From contig CAYNQI010000017.1 of assembly GCA_964399335.1 (NCBI GenBank), positions 1-21,194 on the forward strand: a DNA stretch of 21,194 nucleotides, given 5' to 3'. The translations under genes and the position numbers were made by a program. The notes under the pieces are model-generated. The model was not told where the DNA came from. It made no database searches and saw only the letters and a list, made by a program, of their open reading frames with translations. Shown here piece by piece: positions 14,948 to 21,194 of this stretch. Positions within the stretch are counted from its first letter, which is position 1, and every line of letters starts with the position of its first letter. The DNA comes from an uncultured Thermoplasmata archaeon. Lineage in GTDB: Archaea > Thermoplasmatota > Thermoplasmata > Halarchaeoplasmatales > Halarchaeoplasmataceae.

Positions 14948-17900
14948 CTATGATTCTATCTCATCTTCTACTATCTCTTCAGTATCTCCTTCGAGAAAGT
15001 TTTCATCATCTTGGAATAGGTCCTCGTCTGGTGAATCTGATCCCTTTGTTCCTTTTTTCAACCATAATACCAGTAGAAGCATTAAGACGACCAATATGAT
15101 CCCTATTAAAAGGAACAATCCAATAGACATCCCTTTATCTTCAGGTTCAGTATCATCTGGATCTTCGTCATCTGGTGGTACCTCTTCTTCTTCAACAACT
15201 ACAACCTCTTGGGAAAGATCATAGAAAGATATCAGATATGTACCGGGATCTTCGAATATATGATCTAACGTCATTTCGTTAGATTCCCCTGAGGAAATAA
15301 TCAGTGAATCCAATGTGATCCCGTCAATACTCACTGCTATGGAACCTTCTTCTTCACCGATATTTTCTCCGAACACTGTTATCGTCACTTCGAGAGGCAC
15401 AGTTCCTTCAGTTGGTTGAACATCTAAAGTCAAGTTCACCGGTTCAAAACCGATCTGTTCTTGAACGACGACGGTGTCTGTTTGGTCAAAGAACTTGAGT
15501 TCATATTCCCCTACCTCTGAGAAAGTGTAAGTTAAAGTGTGTTCTGCAGTATCCTGTGCAGGTATTTCCAGGGAGTGTATGGCTGTACCATCTTTGAGCA
15601 AATCTAATGAACCACTAGATTCTCCAAGGTTTTCTGCACCGAATGTGATGCTCACAGTGAGTGGTGCATAACCTACTTTTGGATCGATGTTCAGTGTAGC
15701 GTTCACCGGTATGAATTCCGGATCATCAGGGATATCGATACTGAAATATATACTATCTTCACCAGATAGTCCTTCTTCATCTACTACTCTAACAGCCACC
15801 GTATAGGTACCGTCTTCTAGATCTTCAAAGGTATATTGAGTATCAGATCCAACATTTAACCAATCACCTTCGTTCAGTCTGATCTTGTGGTGATCGATGG
15901 GATATGTGCCCTGCTGGCTTCCCCAATCTATGGTGACAGTGGCTGTTTCGATGGTTTCTCCATGATCAGGAGAGGTGATCTCGATAGAGGGTGGTATCGT
16001 ATCGGGGATCTTAACGAAGTGCACTGTCAAACTTTTGTCATCGTCCATGGTTATCGTTATGGTCTCATCGTTCTCCTTTCCCTCGGGATGATCCCCTGTC
16101 CAGTGACTGAATTCCCATGCAGGATCAGGATCTACAATAAGAGTTACTTCACTTCCATGTTCATATTCCGGGAGATCCGGATACTTATCTACTGATCCAT
16201 CACCTTGAACATTTATGGTCAATTCGTATGTGTTTATGGCAAAGACTGCGGTTATCGAATAGTCGCTATATATGGTGATAGTGGTTTGGGCCGAATCATG
16301 ATCTGCTACATGGTCTACATCTCCATTCCAATAGACGAAGTGGTAACCCGTATCGGGGACAGCTACTAGGTCCACAATCGTGCCGTAGTCGTACGAGAAC
16401 GTATCCTCACCCGGAACTGTCACCGTTCCCCCATCTGTCGAATCAACAGTCAGATAGTGGGTATCTATGGCAAAGACCGCTGTGATGGTGTAGTCACCGT
16501 GGATGGTGATAGTCGTCTCGTTGGAACCTGTATCGGCTATAGTATCTACATATCCGCTCCAATGGACGAAGTGATAACCCGTATCAGGGACTGCTACTAA
16601 GTCTACAATCGTGCCGTGGTCGTACGTGAACGTATCTTCACCCGGAACTGTCACAGTTCCCCCATCCGTTGAATCAACAGTCAGATCATGGGATATTGCT
16701 TCGAATACAGCAGTTACCGAGTAGTTACCTTCCATGATGATGTTGGTACTATTTGAATAGATATCTGCTATGGTGTCCACATCTCCTCCCCACTGAATGA
16801 ATTGATAACCGGTTTGATTGCTAGCGACCAGATCCACTACCTCGCCATATCCATAAGGGAAGCTGCCTTCTCCTGGTGTTGTTACCTCGCCTCCTTCGGT
16901 ACTTTCCGTATTGAGCTGGATCAGGAGTATAGAAAATTCATCGCTCATATCAAAGCCCGTACGATGGTTATCATCGTGAACGAAAATACGTATCAATGCT
17001 TCGGAAGTTATGTCACCGGACACGGTCCAAGTGTAAGTGCCCGTGTCCTCGGTATCGTTGACTATGTTGCTCCAAGTATCCCCTCCGTCGTAGCTGATAT
17101 CTATATCGACACCTGTGATATCACCGTCACCGGAGGTGGTTGTCCAGTTGATGTGATGATCCCTACCCAAGACCCATGTATCGCCACCTGTTGGGCTGGT
17201 CAAAGTAACCGAAGGTGACTCAAAGCTCCAGCCGTTGGGCACGGTCCAGGGATATCTATCCTGGTTGCCGTTTCCTGTGATGTACCGAGGTAAATCAACT
17301 ATACCATCACTTCCCGGATCTTTTTGCAAGGGACCGCTAGCCTCATCGGGTTCTGTCCAATCCGACCAGTGGTTGCCACCAGAGGGGTATCCGTTGTCCC
17401 AAACATTGTCCCCATCGTCGTAGGCCTGTTCGGTGTTGTTGATGAAGTTGTTGTGGTAGATCATGTTGTCGTTGGACGAATACAGGTATACGCCGTAGGA
17501 GTTGTTCACAAGGGTACTGTTAAAGATGATATTGTTCTCCGCGAAACCGAGCAATACGGCAACGCCGCCGTTCTCGATGGTTAGGTTTCTTAGTGTCATA
17601 CCCGTGCAGTCTGCGATGATCACCTGACCGAGGTTACCGGATACACTTCCATCAGTGAGACCGGTGAGGTATATCACGGGTAAGCTGTTGACGGTGTTGT
17701 TTTCATCCATGGTATGGCTGTTCCAATTAGAAGAATCCCAACCACCACTGATCATTATACCCGAACCGTGCATCTCATTGCCCTTTAGCACACAGGAAAA
17801 AGACGATGAAAGGTGTATCGCATGCTGAGAAGGTTGCAAAATAGTGTTGTTATACAACTCCACGTTCGAACTACTTTGTATCTCTATTCCGTTACCTTGA

Positions 17901-20812
17901 GTATCCGTGATGATATTTTCTGTGATCATGTTGTTTGAACTTGCCACATAGATCCCATGGGATGAACTGTTATCTATCGTATTTGCAAACACCGTATTGG
18001 CAGTTCCGATCAGATATATACTGTACCCTCCACTTTTGAAGATAGTGTTGTTGGATATCATATTGTCGTCCGAGCTCGTATAGATACTCTCCTCTACGCT
18101 GTTTTCTATTGTATTCCAAACTATCTCGTTATCGCTTCCAAATGTATAGATACCCACAGTGCATTCAATGAGTGTGTTGTTCGATATGATATTGTTGGTT
18201 GCAGAAGCAAGTATGCCCCGTGCGGCATTTTCGACGGTATTGTTATGTATGATATTGTCGTTGCAATTGCTTTCTACATGTATTCCATATGCGTTCTCAG
18301 CATCTTGATGAGGTATGATATGATTATTCACTATCTCGGTTTCGAGGGTGGTGTATGGTGAATGAGACCTCATGTATACACCTCGGTCAAAAAAGTCTGT
18401 GATAGTATTCCCCTTTACAATATTGTAATGTGATCTTCTATACAGCTGAATACCGTTACCATGGATCACGTTGTTATCGAATGAATTATAGCGTGAATAA
18501 TACAAGCTACCGCCTATGTTAATAACATCTAGCTGTATGTTGTAGCCACTGTGTTCTACGATTGTGTTGTTCGAAAATATATTGTTGTTCGATCCTTGCA
18601 GGAAAAAGCCACGCTGCGTATTATTAATGACTGTATTCCCATCGTGAATATTCTCATCGGCCCTTAACAAGTAAAATCCCACACCACCATTGTCACGTAC
18701 AGTGTTATTCAAAAAGTGATTGTTCGTTGGTATGTTTCCGGAGGAACCGTCTACGTACACACCGATGCCATCGTTGTATCGTATGGTGTTGTTAAGGACG
18801 ACATTATCGGTTGAGCTGGAATGAACATACATACCGACGGAAAATCCCATCTCGATTAGATTATCCCGGATCGAACCATCATTTGATCTCTCTATATGGA
18901 TACCATGATCCCCGCTACCGATCATCTTGGAATCTTGTACAATCGCCCAGTCCGACCTTTCAAGGAATATACCTACTTTTTCACATTGGTGGATCTCACT
19001 TCCGACAACTGTACAGTCGTTGGACCGATGAAGGTATATCGCATCATGACTTAAACCCACCATGGTACAATTCCGGATGGTCACCTCGGTGGAGTATCCG
19101 GTTAAAACCGCTGTACTCCCACCCATGAACTCCTGGTCCTCCACGGTCACATTTGTGCTGCTGACAACTATGACCTGACCCGCACCTGATGGAACCGTCA
19201 CATTCTCTTGGCTTTCTATGTAATATACCGGACCGCCGTTCACTGTATTGTTAGTGTCTATGGTATGAGAATTCCAGTCGGCTTCCCAATCTCCAGACAT
19301 AAATATACCGTTGTTCATCATCGTATTATTCAACAGATTACACCACCGAACCGAATCAAGGAAAATACTGTGTCCAATGTTGTTGGAAATCATATTGTTG
19401 CTGATAGTGTTTGAGTAACCACCAGACAAAATTCCGTTGCCAGTGTTGTTAAATATATCATTATGCTCGATAGTACTGGTACGAAGGCTTCCAAATATAC
19501 CGTGTCCATGGTTATCATAGATGTTATTGCCCGTGAAAACCTGGTCTGCACCATGGTTTTCGATACCATTTCCGTTATCTGATATGGTGTTGTTGATATA
19601 GTCGTTCCATACAACTACATTTGAGTCTATCAAGATACCGGATCCAGTGTTGTTGTAAATGGTATTATTCGATACGGTGTTATACCGAGTTCTACTTTGT
19701 GTCAAACTTATGCCTAAATTGTTATCTGATATGGTGTTATTATTGAAAATATTATATTCCGTTAGTGGGTTTGGATGCTCGTAACTATTTCTAAGGTGGA
19801 TCCCACGATTGCTATTATAGGAGAAAGTGTTGTTAACGATGATGTTATTCCGGGAAACATCGAACTGCATCCCGTAACCATTGAGTAGGAGGGTATTGTT
19901 GTCAAATATATTATGATCAGCCCGATCGACATTTATGCCAAACGCATTGGACTCCACCAAATTGTTGAACATTGAGTTATGGTTCGCTCTTCGGAAAAAG
20001 ACAGCATAAGCGTGATCCTTGACGGTATTGTTGTATATCGTGCAGTAGTCACTATCCCGTATCTCCAGACCGTAGTTGGTGTTCACGATGGTATTATCAC
20101 GGAATTCATTATTATCGGAATTCGTCAAAAATACACCGAAGCTCGTACAGTCGCTTACATTATTGTTCAAGATAAGATTAAATTCACTGGAATCGCGGAT
20201 ATTTATACCCCTTATGCTCCCGTACACCACGTTATCTCTGAGCTCGTTGTCTGATGATTCCATCATATAGATTCCATCAGGGTTGTTGTAAACTATATTG
20301 CCCAAGATGGTTCCGTTGGTCACCTCATGTAGATAAATACCCGAATTCCTGAAGAACTCACCACTATTACCACTGGCGTTGTAAACATAATTATCCCTCA
20401 GCTCGAAGTGAACCGTGGTATTACCTATGAATATGCAGTTACCCAGTCCCTCACCATCGATATCGTAACCCTGGATAATATATGGATCTTCTTCAGTACC
20501 ATCTCCGGCCCAGCCTTCAGTATCAGCCTGTTCGGCGAAGTCAGTATCGTCGTTTATACGGATGGGAGATCTAGGTGTGTAATCCCCCAAAGGTCTTGGG
20601 ATAATCTTGGATGTTTGAATCCATCGTTTCCATCCTATACGCCCAACATCATCGTTCACTGATAAATCCGGGTATTCCTCCACGGGATAACTCCCGATAT
20701 CTTCATCCTTTTCGATCAAATCTTCATTATATCCAGTCATGGTAACCATCATCGATGATGAGCTAATCAACAGTGCCATTACTATCAGAAATGATAATAT
20801 CTTATATCTCAT
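14948..20812 (-). CDS. Giant secreted, C-terminally anchored surface protein: NosD/CASH right-handed beta-helix repeats plus Ig-like and InlB-B-repeat-like stalk domains
   Basis: Signal peptide MRYKILSFLIVMALLISSSS; dozens of N(N/T)I..N..GI.L parallel beta-helix turns; capping motif WDNGYPSGGNHWSDW...DGIVD.P; one Ig-like domain, four ~70-77-aa repeats, one further Ig-like domain and two CARDB/PKD-like domains; acidic Pro linker, TM helix IGLFLLIGIILVVLMLLLVLWL, KKGTK and an acidic tail. ATG 20812 follows an AGGAG RBS; the ORF track uses TTG 20821. Confidence 0.85.
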   Translation of the reverse strand: MRYKILSFLIVMALLISSSSMMVTMTGYNEDLIEKDEDIGSYPVEEYPDLSVNDDVGRIGWKRWIQTSKIIPRPLGDYTPRSPIRINDDTDFAEQADTEGWAGDGTEEDPYIIQGYDIDGEGLGNCIFIGNTTVHFELRDNYVYNASGNSGEFFRNSGIYLHEVTNGTILGNIVYNNPDGIYMMESSDNELRDNVVYGSIRGINIRDSSEFNLILNNNVSDCTSFGVFLTNSDNNEFRDNTIVNTNYGLEIRDSDYCTIYNNTVKDHAYAVFFRRANHNSMFNNLVESNAFGINVDRADHNIFDNNTLLLNGYGMQFDVSRNNIIVNNTFSYNSNRGIHLRNSYEHPNPLTEYNIFNNNTISDNNLGISLTQSRTRYNTVSNNTIYNNTGSGILIDSNVVVWNDYINNTISDNGNGIENHGADQVFTGNNIYDNHGHGIFGSLRTSTIEHNDIFNNTGNGILSGGYSNTISNNMISNNIGHSIFLDSVRWCNLLNNTMMNNGIFMSGDWEADWNSHTIDTNNTVNGGPVYYIESQENVTVPSGAGQVIVVSSTNVTVEDQEFMGGSTAVLTGYSTEVTIRNCTMVGLSHDAIYLHRSNDCTVVGSEIHQCEKVGIFLERSDWAIVQDSKMIGSGDHGIHIERSNDGSIRDNLIEMGFSVGMYVHSSSTDNVVLNNTIRYNDGIGVYVDGSSGNIPTNNHFLNNTVRDNGGVGFYLLRADENIHDGNTVINNTQRGFFLQGSNNNIFSNNTIVEHSGYNIQLDVINIGGSLYYSRYNSFDNNVIHGNGIQLYRRSHYNIVKGNTITDFFDRGVYMRSHSPYTTLETEIVNNHIIPHQDAENAYGIHVESNCNDNIIHNNTVENAARGILASATNNIISNNTLIECTVGIYTFGSDNEIVWNTIENSVEESIYTSSDDNMISNNTIFKSGGYSIYLIGTANTVFANTIDNSSSHGIYVASSNNMITENIITDTQGNGIEIQSSSNVELYNNTILQPSQHAIHLSSSFSCVLKGNEMHGSGIMISGGWDSSNWNSHTMDENNTVNSLPVIYLTGLTDGSVSGNLGQVIIADCTGMTLRNLTIENGGVAVLLGFAENNIIFNSTLVNNSYGVYLYSSNDNMIYHNNFINNTEQAYDDGDNVWDNGYPSGGNHWSDWTEPDEASGPLQKDPGSDGIVDLPRYITGNGNQDRYPWTVPNGWSFESPSVTLTSPTGGDTWVLGRDHHINWTTTSGDGDITGVDIDISYDGGDTWSNIVNDTEDTGTYTWTVSGDITSEALIRIFVHDDNHRTGFDMSDEFSILLIQLNTESTEGGEVTTPGEGSFPYGYGEVVDLVASNQTGYQFIQWGGDVDTIADIYSNSTNIIMEGNYSVTAVFEAISHDLTVDSTDGGTVTVPGEDTFTYDHGTIVDLVAVPDTGYHFVHWSGYVDTIADTGSNETTITIHGDYTITAVFAIDTHYLTVDSTDGGTVTVPGEDTFSYDYGTIVDLVAVPDTGYHFVYWNGDVDHVADHDSAQTTITIYSDYSITAVFAINTYELTINVQGDGSVDKYPDLPEYEHGSEVTLIVDPDPAWEFSHWTGDHPEGKENDETITITMDDDKSLTVHFVKIPDTIPPSIEITSPDHGETIETATVTIDWGSQQGTYPIDHHKIRLNEGDWLNVGSDTQYTFEDLEDGTYTVAVRVVDEEGLSGEDSIYFSIDIPDDPEFIPVNATLNIDPKVGYAPLTVSITFGAENLGESSGSLDLLKDGTAIHSLEIPAQDTAEHTLTYTFSEVGEYELKFFDQTDTVVVQEQIGFEPVNLTLDVQPTEGTVPLEVTITVFGENIGEEEGSIAVSIDGITLDSLIISSGESNEMTLDHIFEDPGTYLISFYDLSQEVVVVEEEEVPPDDEDPDDTEPEDKGMSIGLFLLIGIILVVLMLLLVLWLKKGTKGSDSPDEDLFQDDENFLEGDTEEIVEDEIES
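16223..16915 (-). repeat. Three tandem 231-bp (77-aa) intragenic repeats (a fourth, diverged copy follows to about 16016)
   Basis: Units 16685-16915, 16454-16684 and 16223-16453. GAATCAACAGTCAGAT recurs at 16440 and 16671. Consensus L.VDST.GG.VT.PGE..F.Y..G..VDLVA.P.TGY.F..W.G.VD. Confidence 0.9.
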
Positions 20813-20856
20813 GATTTCCAACTCCTAACAAATAGATATAATATACGACATACACC

Positions 20857-20870
20857 AATATATAGTTTTC
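20857..20870 (-). promoter_or_regulatory. BRE/TATA promoter of the surface-protein gene
   Basis: Minus strand reads GAAAAC-TATATATT, about 45 nt upstream of ATG 20812. Confidence 0.55.
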
Positions 20871-21194
20871 TTAATAATTAAATTAGTATTGAATTTTAAT
20901 ATAATATACTATATTAGTCAACAACCTGTCGTGTAAAATAAAAAAGATCATGTTATTTTTATGAGCACTCAATAACATAATAATCTTCTGTTTAAGTCAA
21001 GTAAATAACTCAAAACTAGCGTGTTGGGAGTATACGTATAGTTAGTATTTATTCCAGCTGATGGCTTCATGTCTTATATTTATAGCATATATATTATTTT
21101 TATTTTTTTAAAAATCAAAACCTCATTTTTAACCTAACCTTTAATAAAAAGTTGTTTTATCTTTTCTCGTGGCCCGGATCAAAGCTTTTCTGGA

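Noticed and set aside
16223-16915. Tandem repeats as a CRISPR array or MITE
   Set aside because: The units are 231 bp, in frame, have no spacers or terminal inverted repeats, and encode protein domains.
15887-20662. Eleven plus-strand ORFs within the surface-protein gene
   Set aside because: Antisense shadows of a repetitive Asn/Thr/Asp-rich gene (Val/Ile-rich from AAC/GAC/ACC codons); no independent signals.
14867-21194. Genomic island integrated at tRNA-Thr carrying the surface-protein gene
   Set aside because: No integrase, transposase or duplicate of the tRNA 3' end (att site) within the window. Spot GC counts vary inside the gene itself (28/60 at 17281-17340, 19/60 at 19681-19740), too noisy to argue for transfer. 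Sequence beyond the window could change this.
21141-21194. Possible C-terminus of a minus-strand CDS (...SRKALIRATRKDKTTFY*) or the 5' end of a structured RNA (GGCCCGGATC...)
   Set aside because: Only 54 nt are visible; all three minus frames end in stops nearby and the sequence does not match a tRNA, 5S or SRP start I recognise. Needs flanking sequence.

Overview
Archaeal chromosomal window. GGTGA/GGAGG ribosome-binding sites, BRE/TATA promoters and the exosome-proteasome gene cluster support this. Acidic proteins and the style of the giant beta-helix surface protein suggest a halophilic Thermoplasmatota lineage (inference). Left to right: the 5' part of the psmA-SBDS-rrp4 operon (minus strand); a divergent hydantoinase/oxoprolinase A+B pair; a Kbl-like alpha-oxoamine synthase; a creatininase-family amidohydrolase; a 1795-aa Lhr helicase with a very long C-terminal extension; a YhbE/YhbF-type bactofilin-like gene divergent from an ArsR-type regulator; tRNA-Thr(GGT); and a ~1950-aa membrane-anchored beta-helix/Ig-repeat surface protein. 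No mobile element, integrase or CRISPR array is visible. The best candidate for an undescribed system is the divergent bactofilin-like/ArsR pair: both proteins carry the same SHOCT-like motif, and a perfect 7-4-7 palindrome lies between the genes. Also notable are two apparent tandem AlkZ/YcaQ-like modules on Lhr and an atypical specificity loop in the Kbl-like enzyme. All family assignments are by motif recognition; no database search was run.
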